DNA of 64,000 nucleotides from a virus: IMG/VR virus record IMGVR_UViG_3300047471_000616, positions 1 to 64,000 of that record; one strand, 5' to 3'. Shown piece by piece: positions 55,670 to 64,000 of this stretch (position 1 is its first letter; each line of letters starts with the position of its first letter). The notes under the pieces were generated by a model. It saw only the letters and a program-made list of their open reading frames with translations, ran no database searches and was not told where the DNA came from. The position numbers and the translations under genes were made by a program.

Positions 55670-56023
55670 TTACCTACTATTGGCATATGGCTTGTATGGC
55701 TTAGGCCCTTCGTCCAGCTTAGTGACGTTTGGCACGTCGTCACTGTGCACCAAACTGGCAACAGCCTTGTTATACACCATCAGTTCCCTAGGAACCTGGA
55801 TCTGAATTTGCGGGTCAACATTCGCTGCTGATCTAAGCTTCGCTGCGTCGGTATGAGCTAGGAATGACCACACCACAGCAACGAGCCCAATAGCCACTGT
55901 TGTTACATCTGCAACCACCCCGGCGTCGCTGAATGCTGAAAAGCCTTTTGCTACCAGCCACGTACAGGCCATCGGGATGATTATGCGGAGAATGCCAATT
56001 ACCTGCTCTTGGTTTGGGTTCAT
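55670..56023 (-). CDS. Holin-like membrane protein
   Basis: Two TM segments; close to the endolysin. Confidence 0.6.
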   Translation of the reverse strand: MNPNQEQVIGILRIIIPMACTWLVAKGFSAFSDAGVVADVTTVAIGLVAVVWSFLAHTDAAKLRSAANVDPQIQIQVPRELMVYNKAVASLVHSDDVPNVTKLDEGPKPYKPYANSR

Positions 56024-56538
56024 GTGGTGTGCTCCATGATCCGCTTCATCTCGGCGAGGAACATATTTTGATCGTTCACGTCATAGTCGCCGGGGTGGGG
56101 AATGTGGTGTGGGGTTTTGTGGTAGCTGAGCGGGTTCATGGTCCCCAACGGCCATTTGTAAGCACCCAAGCCGGGAAACGGGAACGGGTTGTAGCTGTAG
56201 ATCAGGTGGGCAAATTTTATGTTCTTGTTTAGTGGGTAGCCCTTCGCACCGTAGATGCTTGCTTGGAAACCAAATGCCCCATCAATGGCCCGGTCGCCAA
56301 CATACTGACAGACAACTGCAACGTCACAACACCCCAAACTAGTACCACATACGAAAACACGACCAGCAGGAGGGAGCTTCTTGATAAGTACAGCAATGTT
56401 TGCGGCGTCGTAATCCTCGTAAGGGGAATCGTGCATGTTAATGCCGAGTTGTGCCATGCGCTGAGACATGACTCCTGCAGCTGGGTCGCTTCCCCATCTC
56501 CCCCACATGCCGCGCATATAGTAACCGTGCCAGTTCAT
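56020..56538 (-). CDS. Alpha/beta hydrolase-like protein
   Basis: GTSLG nucleophile elbow; C-terminal His. Confidence 0.55.
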   Translation of the reverse strand: MNWHGYYMRGMWGRWGSDPAAGVMSQRMAQLGINMHDSPYEDYDAANIAVLIKKLPPAGRVFVCGTSLGCCDVAVVCQYVGDRAIDGAFGFQASIYGAKGYPLNKNIKFAHLIYSYNPFPFPGLGAYKWPLGTMNPLSYHKTPHHIPHPGDYDVNDQNMFLAEMKRIMEHTT

Positions 56539-57155
56539 GGCTCAACCTCACTCCAGCCTTTGGCAAAGGCCAGGGGGATCAAAGGCTCTTTGCGCTCATG
56601 TCTACCCAGCTTGGCCACACTCGGCGGGGTCAGCAGGGTAATTGAATACTTCCTCAAATCCTGCACCCTGGCGGTCCAGCCCCTGCCAAACGTACCCCAA
56701 GTGCCCAAACCACGTAGGAAGGTCAATCGTGCATTGCACAATTGGTTGACGAATTGGGTCGGGTCCATACTGTTGATGGCTTTAAGGGACGTTGGGCCAA
56801 GTACACCATCAACTATGACATCTGCTATCTTTTGGGCGTATTTTACTGATCGTGACGGGCCTGAATTGACGCCAAAGTCAAATACCACGCAGTCACAGCC
56901 AGCATTCAGGGCGTCGAATTGGCAGGCAGTAGCGTACTTCTTCTTGTATATTTCGTCAGCCGTGGCCAGTGTCATGGCTTTAACTCTAGGTGCCCAGGCA
57001 GACATTGAACTCATTTTCTCACCAAGAAACTCGGCAAGATCGTAGCAAGTAATTCCGAAACGAGTTGGCCCTCCAGGATCGTTACGGATCCATCCGTAGT
57101 CTCCCTCGTAACGCATAATCATTCGTTGAACGAATGGCTGATAGTCTTGTTGCAC
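56535..57155 (-). CDS. Endolysin, glycoside hydrolase family 108 with a peptidoglycan-binding domain
   Basis: EGDY...NDPGGPTRFGIT, FDFGVNSGP, DGVLGP.S, FGRGWTAR; GGAGGT SD before GTG. Confidence 0.9.
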   Translation of the reverse strand: MQQDYQPFVQRMIMRYEGDYGWIRNDPGGPTRFGITCYDLAEFLGEKMSSMSAWAPRVKAMTLATADEIYKKKYATACQFDALNAGCDCVVFDFGVNSGPSRSVKYAQKIADVIVDGVLGPTSLKAINSMDPTQFVNQLCNARLTFLRGLGTWGTFGRGWTARVQDLRKYSITLLTPPSVAKLGRHERKEPLIPLAFAKGWSEVEP

Positions 57156-57156
57156 A

Positions 57157-57624
57157 CTAACCTCCAGCTCCGGGCATGAAACAACGGATAAAGACAGAGA
57201 TGACTTCTTCACCCTGATTGCGTGTCGGGGCAGCCCAAACCAACGCAGTGCCGGAAAGGTTCGGCCCTTGCACCACGGCACCGTCGTCTACGTTCCACCA
57301 TTTATTGTACAAGAACACCCGGTAGTGACATTTGCCATCAGTGCAGGTTGAGTCCCAATCCACGTCTGGGATGTGGTGCGCTTCTTCTCCGTCACAACAG
57401 GGACCCTTCGTGCTATACTGTTGCCTGAACCAACGGTCCAGGTCGGGCTGCTTGTGGTCATGAGCAGATGCAAACGCCACCATGCCAAGCAGGGCAAGCA
57501 CAACCAAAAACCCCAGGATCACATACCACCACCACTCACTATTGTCAGGTGGCCGTATGTTCCAGTGATCGTCTAGGTCATCAAGAGGTGCTTCTGGGTT
57601 TGTCATACCGTAGTTGCGTGACAT
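57157..57624 (-). CDS. Membrane-anchored Cys-rich protein
   Basis: TM helix, then CCDG...RCFMPG. Confidence 0.65.
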   Translation of the reverse strand: MSRNYGMTNPEAPLDDLDDHWNIRPPDNSEWWWYVILGFLVVLALLGMVAFASAHDHKQPDLDRWFRQQYSTKGPCCDGEEAHHIPDVDWDSTCTDGKCHYRVFLYNKWWNVDDGAVVQGPNLSGTALVWAAPTRNQGEEVISVFIRCFMPGAGG

Positions 57625-57628
57625 TTGA

Positions 57629-58012
57629 TCACCAGGTCGTTGTGGCAGCTGCCATGTAATAAGTGGTCGTACCAACTACCAATGGAACAATCCTGGTGGC
57701 ACTGAAATTGGACGCCGTAAGTGCCACAGTTACGCCGCTAGTCACTGCGACAACAACGCTGGTTACAGATACGACGATGCCGGTTGGGGCCACCGGTATT
57801 GAAGAAGCAAAATTCCCGCACCAATAATCCGGCTGCACCAGGGGCCAGGGATAGTTAACCGTCTGCGTACTGGCAGCGACCCCAGGTGATGCTGACCGGT
57901 ATGGTTGCTCTGGTGCTGGCGCATTGAAGGAACAGCCCAAGGCACCAACAGCTACCCCAGCACTGACAGGAACCGACCTCCCATAGACACAATTGGAACA
58001 CTGATCAACCAT
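57629..58012 (-). CDS. Hypothetical protein (CxxC...WP.V...WCG) with a T/V-rich tail
   Basis: 127-aa ORF within the operon. Confidence 0.6.
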   Translation of the reverse strand: MVDQCSNCVYGRSVPVSAGVAVGALGCSFNAPAPEQPYRSASPGVAASTQTVNYPWPLVQPDYWCGNFASSIPVAPTGIVVSVTSVVVAVTSGVTVALTASNFSATRIVPLVVGTTTYYMAAATTTW

Positions 58013-58013
58013 A

Positions 58014-59108
58014 CTAAGTCCCCATCATAATAACCCAGTTGGTCCCATCCGACTGCAGAGCCGCCCAATTCCCTGCCGTACCTGCCAAGATGGCAGTGCC
58101 CGCACCGCCACCAGCCTTCGGCACCACATTGCTGGCATTGCTAACGACGGTTTGTGCCTGGATTGTCTTAACATATAGCCATTGCCCTGGGTAGGAAGCA
58201 GCAGCCAACAATGTGATGGTGACCGTCCCAGCCCGGTTGGCGATCAGCGAACTGTCGGTGGCGCTCTGTGTCTCGCTGGCATTGGTCAGCGTCCTTGGTG
58301 CCTGAGAAGCTATCGCCCCCCGGACCGTGAGCGTTGAAGTAGGTGCGGTGTTGCTGCCAATGGCAAACGTCTGGTCGACCACACCATAGGTAAAGAACTC
58401 AAATGACTGATCGCGGTAGAGCGCAAGTGAGTTGGCAACATCGTTTTCACTGAAAGTACCAACCGGCTGCGTCTTGAATACCAACCGGCCTGGAAGTGAT
58501 GTTGCACTTGGCACACCATCAACGAAGCTCTCGATCATGGTGCCAACGCCCCAGGTACCGTTCCCCATGTCGCCGCCAGCACGAATCGAATTCAGTGGAT
58601 CACTGTTGTGGACTATCGCGGTACCGCTGGGTGACGTAGCCCGCGACTTGCCCATGCGCAGGTCGGGCGCGACAATATCATTGGACCACTGGGCCATGCC
58701 TAGGCTGAAGTTGACGAACAGATTTGGCACTTGGCCAGTGATAAAAGTGGTACCAGATGGAATCCCTTTGAGATTAGTGCACTGGTTTGTATCTATTTGC
58801 AAAGCGGTGACTTGAGATCCGGTCTTGAGGGCAATAGAATCGGTAGTACCAGCAATACTGGTACTCTCAAGCGTAAGTGTAGAACTGGCAAGCGAACCGC
58901 CTGCGACCAATGGAGTAGTAATTTTTGGGGTTACAACATTGGTAGGGGTAGTCGGTGCGGTTCCTATGACTTGGCCGACCGACGTGAGTGCAGTAGAAAT
59001 GTCCGTAAAAATGGCGTTCCAGACCAGGGACTGAATAAGGTCCCCCGGTGCCGCAGTTTCGGCACCGGCAGCTGGTGTGTAAACACCGGTTGTCGCATTG
59101 TAAGGCAT
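58014..59108 (-). CDS. Tail fibre / tail-associated protein
   Basis: N-terminus paralogous to 59110-59997; ends LQSDGTNW. Confidence 0.7.
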   Translation of the reverse strand: MPYNATTGVYTPAAGAETAAPGDLIQSLVWNAIFTDISTALTSVGQVIGTAPTTPTNVVTPKITTPLVAGGSLASSTLTLESTSIAGTTDSIALKTGSQVTALQIDTNQCTNLKGIPSGTTFITGQVPNLFVNFSLGMAQWSNDIVAPDLRMGKSRATSPSGTAIVHNSDPLNSIRAGGDMGNGTWGVGTMIESFVDGVPSATSLPGRLVFKTQPVGTFSENDVANSLALYRDQSFEFFTYGVVDQTFAIGSNTAPTSTLTVRGAIASQAPRTLTNASETQSATDSSLIANRAGTVTITLLAAASYPGQWLYVKTIQAQTVVSNASNVVPKAGGGAGTAILAGTAGNWAALQSDGTNWVIMMGT

Positions 59109-59109
59109 C

Positions 59110-59997
59110 TTAAACCCCTGCGAAGATTATCTTATTGAAGATGATGGCGTTGGAGAGCGTGGGCAGAGCAGTGCCAGAACCACCTGTTGGCGTGGTCCCA
59201 GTCATTGCAGGTAGAGTATTATTTTGAAGTGTGACGGTGTTAACTGGACTTGGGGCAGCTGCCCCAGCACCCAAAACGAAACTTGCCGAGCTGGTGCCAC
59301 CAATGGTGGCTCCTGCACCTCCCGCAGCATGAGTATGGGACCCCTGTCCTGATCCTATTGATGTAGACAAAGTTACAGCAGGAAAATGGGCTTGCAGTAT
59401 TGTCTTGTTCTGCTGGCCGCCAGTACCACCCAGGACCGTACCGTCGAAGTTGCCCCCAGCTACCGTAATGAGACCGGCAGCAACACCACCCATATCATCC
59501 TTGCCAAAATCGGCCTTGCCACGGCAATCGGGCAGACTGAAATTGGGTCCAGAACCACCGTAAGTGTAAGCTATTGCAGTGAATAGAGCAGGATAGGTAG
59601 CAGTCGCCAACGACTGGCCAAAACACAGCAGCCAGCCAGAGGGGGCAGAAGTACCGGCAAAACTCGCTACAACCCCGATTGGAACACCATTGACAATGCC
59701 ATTGGATGTAATTTGTCCAACGGCAACCCCACCCACGGCAATGCCAATGATATCTGCCCCAGCACTATAGAAGCCGGTATTGGTGTCAGAACCAAAGGTG
59801 TAGCTGGGCGCGGCAGCAGTCCCGGATGCGGCCTTTACCGGCCCAGTCATAGTAGTCTGGCCGTCAGCTGCCAACGAATTGGTCATCTGCGCGGCAATGT
59901 CGCTGAAGTCCGAGTTGACTGCAGACGATGATATGGTGGTGTTGGGCGTAAACGCTGCCTGTGGAAGCGTGTACACTCCACTGCCATTCCTGGGCAT
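59110..59997 (-). CDS. Tail fibre protein with a tail collar domain
   Basis: PIGVV..FAG..APSGWLLCFGQ......YPALF.AI...YG.....F.LPDCRG. Confidence 0.85.
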   Translation of the reverse strand: MPRNGSGVYTLPQAAFTPNTTISSSAVNSDFSDIAAQMTNSLAADGQTTMTGPVKAASGTAAAPSYTFGSDTNTGFYSAGADIIGIAVGGVAVGQITSNGIVNGVPIGVVASFAGTSAPSGWLLCFGQSLATATYPALFTAIAYTYGGSGPNFSLPDCRGKADFGKDDMGGVAAGLITVAGGNFDGTVLGGTGGQQNKTILQAHFPAVTLSTSIGSGQGSHTHAAGGAGATIGGTSSASFVLGAGAAAPSPVNTVTLQNNTLPAMTGTTPTGGSGTALPTLSNAIIFNKIIFAGV

Positions 59998-60025
59998 CGT
60001 TTATCTTTCCTTAGAGGAGGTAAAA

Positions 60026-60211
60026 ATGTGGTATGTGCTACAGATAATTGTGTTCTTTACCGTTGTTATTTACTACCTTGCCAATGACATGCTGGATGGC
60101 ATTCCACTTGGGCACCTGGCGCTTTTTGCCGTGATAATTACTTTCTTAGTGACCGTAATCCTGTCCAAATTCCTGGATCTACTCCGTTGGCTCATTAGTT
60201 GGTGCGGGTAA
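60026..60211 (+). CDS. Small two-TM membrane protein on the strand opposite the structural operon
   Basis: GAGGAGGT SD; hydrophobic, AT-rich. Confidence 0.65.
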   Translation: MWYVLQIIVFFTVVIYYLANDMLDGIPLGHLALFAVIITFLVTVILSKFLDLLRWLISWCG

Positions 60212-61621
60212 CCGTTTCGCACCTTCTAAGCCAGCAACCCATGATGCCGTTTCAGGGTCCATCTCAAGCCCTGGTGTTAATCTAGGGGTAGTGTTTTCTA
60301 GCCAAGGGCTTAATGCTCTGACTATGGGCCTTTGTGCGCCCCTTATTGCGCCAGTCGTAGCGCCCCCCAGGCCAGTAGCCCCGGCTAATTCCAGCGCAAT
60401 CGCCGATTCTGGGCCAAACCAGCCCAGATGATGCCCTGCATACGCCCCGGCAAGTTGGGCAAGCCCCGCAGCACCAGGGATCAACCATCCCCCACCTGTC
60501 ATAGCTGGCACATCCCTTGTTACTGGGATTGCATCCCTGGCAAACCCCTTGAGAGGGGTAGTCATGGTTGGACTGTAGCCCCTTAGAACATCCTCTGGGA
60601 CAATATGCTGTGCGCCGGTCGTAGCTGCGTGGCCTGTCGCTGCCTGCAAAGCATTTGCATCAGCTTCGGCTTGGTGCTGTGCCTGTGACGGGAATCTTGG
60701 TGCTAGATTCATCCTTTGAAGAGCAAGTCTGTTGGCAAGCTGGGCTGCTGCATCCTGAGGATGCACCCCCGGTGGGACGGTCAAGCCACCCTGCCTAAAC
60801 ATAGCTTCCTGAAGTGCTTCTGCCTGACGCGCAGGGGGGCCACCGGTAATGGACCTGAGCCAGGGGCTTTGTGTAGCCTGCTCAACCCCTACCGGGACCC
60901 CGGCAGCACGGACATTAGCTACTTGCTGTTCGTGTAATGGGCTTACTGAACTTGGTGCTATTGCTTTTCTAGCCATATTGGGCAACCCCCACCCAAAAGC
61001 ACCCCCCAACATTTCCGCTACCTGAGGCCCCCAACTCTGCATATAACTGGGCAGCAAACTCTCACCAGCGTGTCTGCCTGCTACCGATCCACCTGCAGCA
61101 GTCAAGGCCCTGACCATGTTGGGGATCAAGGAACCAGCCCCGGTAACTGTTGCTGCTGCGGCCGATGGAATTATGTTTTCAGCAGCCTGCGCTACTTCCC
61201 CACCAACGGAAGTGGGCTGGTAACCCAAATCAGCCCCTGGGAATTTTTCCTGGAGCTTTTCCATCCTAGCAGGAGACGTATAAGGCCGGTTTTGCTCCTG
61301 CATGAATTTTGCAGCACCAGCCAAATTCTCTGAACCGGTAGCCTCACCTAGTTTCTGTACACCTTTCAGTGCCAGATCACCAAGGTTCCCAAATGTTGAA
61401 CGTAGACCAGTAGCCGACTGGGCCGCCCACGGAATTAGCCCATGGCTGATGTCCTCAGCCGTGCTCTTCGGGGCTGGGGTGACCCCCTGCTGTTCATCAT
61501 ATACACGACGCTCTTCAGGCGTCATGTGCGCCAATAATTCAGGCGGGTACAGCTGTTCATTATAAGCACGACGCTCTTCTGGCGTCATGTACTTCAGCAA
61601 TTCGGGGTCGTATTTATCCAT
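60179..61621 (-). CDS. Putative internal virion / DNA ejection protein
   Basis: G/A-rich with hydrophobic helices; lies between the lysozyme-domain protein and the fibres. Confidence 0.6.
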   Translation of the reverse strand: MDKYDPELLKYMTPEERRAYNEQLYPPELLAHMTPEERRVYDEQQGVTPAPKSTAEDISHGLIPWAAQSATGLRSTFGNLGDLALKGVQKLGEATGSENLAGAAKFMQEQNRPYTSPARMEKLQEKFPGADLGYQPTSVGGEVAQAAENIIPSAAAATVTGAGSLIPNMVRALTAAGGSVAGRHAGESLLPSYMQSWGPQVAEMLGGAFGWGLPNMARKAIAPSSVSPLHEQQVANVRAAGVPVGVEQATQSPWLRSITGGPPARQAEALQEAMFRQGGLTVPPGVHPQDAAAQLANRLALQRMNLAPRFPSQAQHQAEADANALQAATGHAATTGAQHIVPEDVLRGYSPTMTTPLKGFARDAIPVTRDVPAMTGGGWLIPGAAGLAQLAGAYAGHHLGWFGPESAIALELAGATGLGGATTGAIRGAQRPIVRALSPWLENTTPRLTPGLEMDPETASWVAGLEGAKRLPAPTNEPTE

Positions 61622-61635
61622 GAACGTCGTGCCGA

Positions 61636-63921
61636 TTATGGTGTGGGTGTCAATGCAGGCATCTTCTTTTCACTTTCAGTCTTGCGGCGCATCAACTCCT
61701 CAGGAGGTGGGAGGGCAACAGCTGGCTTGCCAGCTGTTCCTTTAGGTTTTGCAGCTGCCTCTTTTTCCAGCTCGATGTCTTTCTCAAACTTCTTAGCCGT
61801 TGCTTCGTCCATCAACGGCTTTTCCTTGTAAAGCTTCACTATCTTAGCCCTAATATTAGGGTCAACGGCACCAGTGATCGGATCCCTGTTCCTGTCAATC
61901 TCTTCGCCTGCTTCAATCAATCGATTATTCACAGCTTTCGCCATGGTTATCAACGCCTTGTTGGCAGCGACCGTGTTATTTCTGTTGGCGGATGCTGCGT
62001 TAATCATTTGGATTTCAGCTACACGGATCTGACCCAAACCACCCAACTTGGTCTTCAGTGCACTCAAATTAATATCACTGATCAGTTTATCGGCAGTATC
62101 AGCCTTTGACGCAGCGGCGTTTGCGTCTTTATTACCTGTAAGCCAAGCATAGCCTTTGGCCAATGCAGTCCGGGGTCCGGCGGCAAAACCACTGATAATG
62201 TCTGGTGCGTTGAAAATACGTTCCAGTTCGTCCAACGGCTGCAGCTGTTCGGCAGCGGACTTTGCATTTCCCTGAACTTCATCACCGTACTTGGCAGCAG
62301 CTTCTGCGGCCTTAGAAGCACCTTCTATTCTCCCTTTTACTTGGGCACCAAGTTCGCCCATATGATGTATAGCTTCGTCAGCTTGACGGGGGATCAGCGA
62401 ACTGCCGCCACCAGTTGGAGGCGGGCCAGCAAGTTTTGTACCTTCTGGTGTCCCCGCCGTACCTTCGGGGGGTGGTGTGCCCAACATACCGGGCGACGGT
62501 GCATCAGCTGCCGTGCCTGTCTCAAGCGCCGCTGTCTTTACCCCACCGGCTGTTGGGGCGGCTTCGCTACTCTTACCGGGGGCGGGCGCAGCAACCGGAG
62601 GTGTGGCACTGGGAATTGCTGGGGTAGGAGGTGTAGGCGAGGTTGATGCAGTCGCGCTACCAGGCGTGCCAGGTGTCCCACCAACAGTGGAAGGTACCGG
62701 TTCGCCCTCACCTCTTTTATCCGTCGGCTCAACAGGCCCCAGGATACGGTAGGTGCCATCAGCGTTGTACATCGCCTTGACCGGTATCTTGATGCCTTCA
62801 GGCCCGGCGTATTCCATTTGAAAGACGTCACCCTGGAAGACCTGGTGACCATTGGCAGTTTGGGTGATTGTCCCAAACGGCGTCTTGAATTGGACCGGTT
62901 GGCCCTGACTGTAAAAGGATTGATCAAGGTATTGCCTCAAACTCGGATCCATGTACGGATTGGCACCCCCCATGAATTGATGCGGGGTAACGTGCTGACG
63001 CTGGGTAAAGAGCCCAGGATCCATCCTGACACTCTCAGCAGTAGCAGGGCCTGGGACTGTAGCTGGGGCACCCAAACTGGGGGATGCTGGCGCTGCCGGG
63101 TGCAGACCCCCACCACCACCTGCCAAAGCCGTAGACATAGCCGCTGGTGCGTCAGCGGGACCGGGGGCTGCCGCAGTAGGCTCTTCAGCGTAAGCCGACG
63201 CTGAGCCGTCCCCAGGGCCTGTAGCTGGCAACCCAGGAGCATTGGAGGCCAGTTTCATGAAATTCTGGCCGTACTGCCCAACTGACGTCCCCAACTGATC
63301 CTTGCGCTCAGGATGATTGACCCCACCAGGACCGCCAAGCCAAGCCCGTGCAGCCCCTTCTGGGCCGTACTTCTGTTCATACTGGGCAAATTTACCTTTG
63401 CGGACTATTTCCTGTGCTTCTGGGCTGTTCAGGAACTCCCCTGGGGTCATACGGTGACCAAGAAACTCCTGAGTCCACACAGGGATGTTGGACCCCATTA
63501 CCTGATACTTGCCGTAGGCACGGTCACCAGCCATCGATCCCTTTTTGATGATCGGACCAAGCGCAGTGTACTTGCCGCCGCTCTCAAGTGAAGAAAGTGC
63601 TTTACCTTCCGGGTCAGTTGCATCACTAACAGGTACTAGTCCTCCTCCCCCTGAACTGGGGCCGCCAGGGTAACCACTCTCAAGGCCGGTGGCTCGGGCC
63701 TTGAGCATGGATGCTTTCTCACCGGCAGCAGCTTGATCCAACCCCATCCTGCCCATAAGGGCCTGGGTCATTTGTGTCCCTATGGCAAACGGGGAAACAG
63801 CCTCATGCTCCTTGCCAACAGGCGTGGTCATGCTCTGCTTCAGCAATGCTTCTGCCATTGCACGTTGGGCCAGTACTTGCCCAGGCGTGACAAAGTCCGA
63901 CATTGAATAGTCATCGGCCAT
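61636..63921 (-). CDS. Internal virion / ejection protein with a lysozyme-like (lytic transglycosylase) domain
   Basis: LESGGKY...AYGKYQVM...FLNSPEAQE...AARAWLGGPG; Pro/Ala-rich linkers. Confidence 0.75.
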   Translation of the reverse strand: MADDYSMSDFVTPGQVLAQRAMAEALLKQSMTTPVGKEHEAVSPFAIGTQMTQALMGRMGLDQAAAGEKASMLKARATGLESGYPGGPSSGGGGLVPVSDATDPEGKALSSLESGGKYTALGPIIKKGSMAGDRAYGKYQVMGSNIPVWTQEFLGHRMTPGEFLNSPEAQEIVRKGKFAQYEQKYGPEGAARAWLGGPGGVNHPERKDQLGTSVGQYGQNFMKLASNAPGLPATGPGDGSASAYAEEPTAAAPGPADAPAAMSTALAGGGGGLHPAAPASPSLGAPATVPGPATAESVRMDPGLFTQRQHVTPHQFMGGANPYMDPSLRQYLDQSFYSQGQPVQFKTPFGTITQTANGHQVFQGDVFQMEYAGPEGIKIPVKAMYNADGTYRILGPVEPTDKRGEGEPVPSTVGGTPGTPGSATASTSPTPPTPAIPSATPPVAAPAPGKSSEAAPTAGGVKTAALETGTAADAPSPGMLGTPPPEGTAGTPEGTKLAGPPPTGGGSSLIPRQADEAIHHMGELGAQVKGRIEGASKAAEAAAKYGDEVQGNAKSAAEQLQPLDELERIFNAPDIISGFAAGPRTALAKGYAWLTGNKDANAAASKADTADKLISDINLSALKTKLGGLGQIRVAEIQMINAASANRNNTVAANKALITMAKAVNNRLIEAGEEIDRNRDPITGAVDPNIRAKIVKLYKEKPLMDEATAKKFEKDIELEKEAAAKPKGTAGKPAVALPPPEELMRRKTESEKKMPALTPTP

Positions 63922-64000
63922 CGAAGTAGCCCTATAGCTGCATTTGGCTTAGCGGGTCTGGTCTTTGCGCAACTGCACTGGGTGGCAAGCCGCCCATGGG

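Noticed and set aside
56263-57045. 260-aa plus-strand ORF and similar long antisense ORFs (e.g. 25309-26328)
   Set aside because: They overlap well-supported genes on the opposite strand and have no motifs or SD.
1-64000. tRNA, tmRNA or rRNA genes, integrase/att sites, alternative genetic code
   Set aside because: No cloverleaf/T-loop signatures or integrase noticed by eye; conserved genes are intact under the standard code and use all three stop codons.

Overview
The window is a 64 kb piece of a tailed dsDNA bacteriophage genome, probably a podovirus-like phage of an alphaproteobacterial host (it carries GcrA-like and DUF3597 genes). No integrase, capsid, portal or terminase gene is visible here. 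Layout: (i) 1-12.2 kb, minus strand: an operon headed by a NusG paralog, with a cold-shock protein, a 7-gene sugar-nucleotide/glycosylation cluster (HldE-like, GmhA, O-methyltransferase, glycosyltransferase, small ORF, radical SAM, ThDP enzyme) and a >640-aa Ser/Thr/Val repeat protein that the ORF track missed. (ii) 12.3-17.7 kb: a switch region with small paralogous genes, a 1.25 kb inverted-repeat-bounded segment that completely lacks the trinucleotides VGA/TCB, an adjacent TCATCCGA repeat array, and a large structured-RNA candidate. (iii) 17.7-52.2 kb, plus strand: small early genes with a repeated intergenic element, a MoxR/VWA module, two more structured-RNA candidates and a full replication/recombination module (DnaB, SNF2, primase, MTase, beta clamp, UDG-PolA, clamp loader, SSB, RecA, resolvase, SbcCD). 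(iv) 52.1-64 kb, minus strand: GcrA, lysis genes, tail fibres and ejection proteins. The strongest novelty candidates are the VGA/TCB-free island, the phage glycosylation cluster beside a mucin-like protein, and three structured non-coding RNAs. All calls come from motif recognition by eye; no database searches were run.
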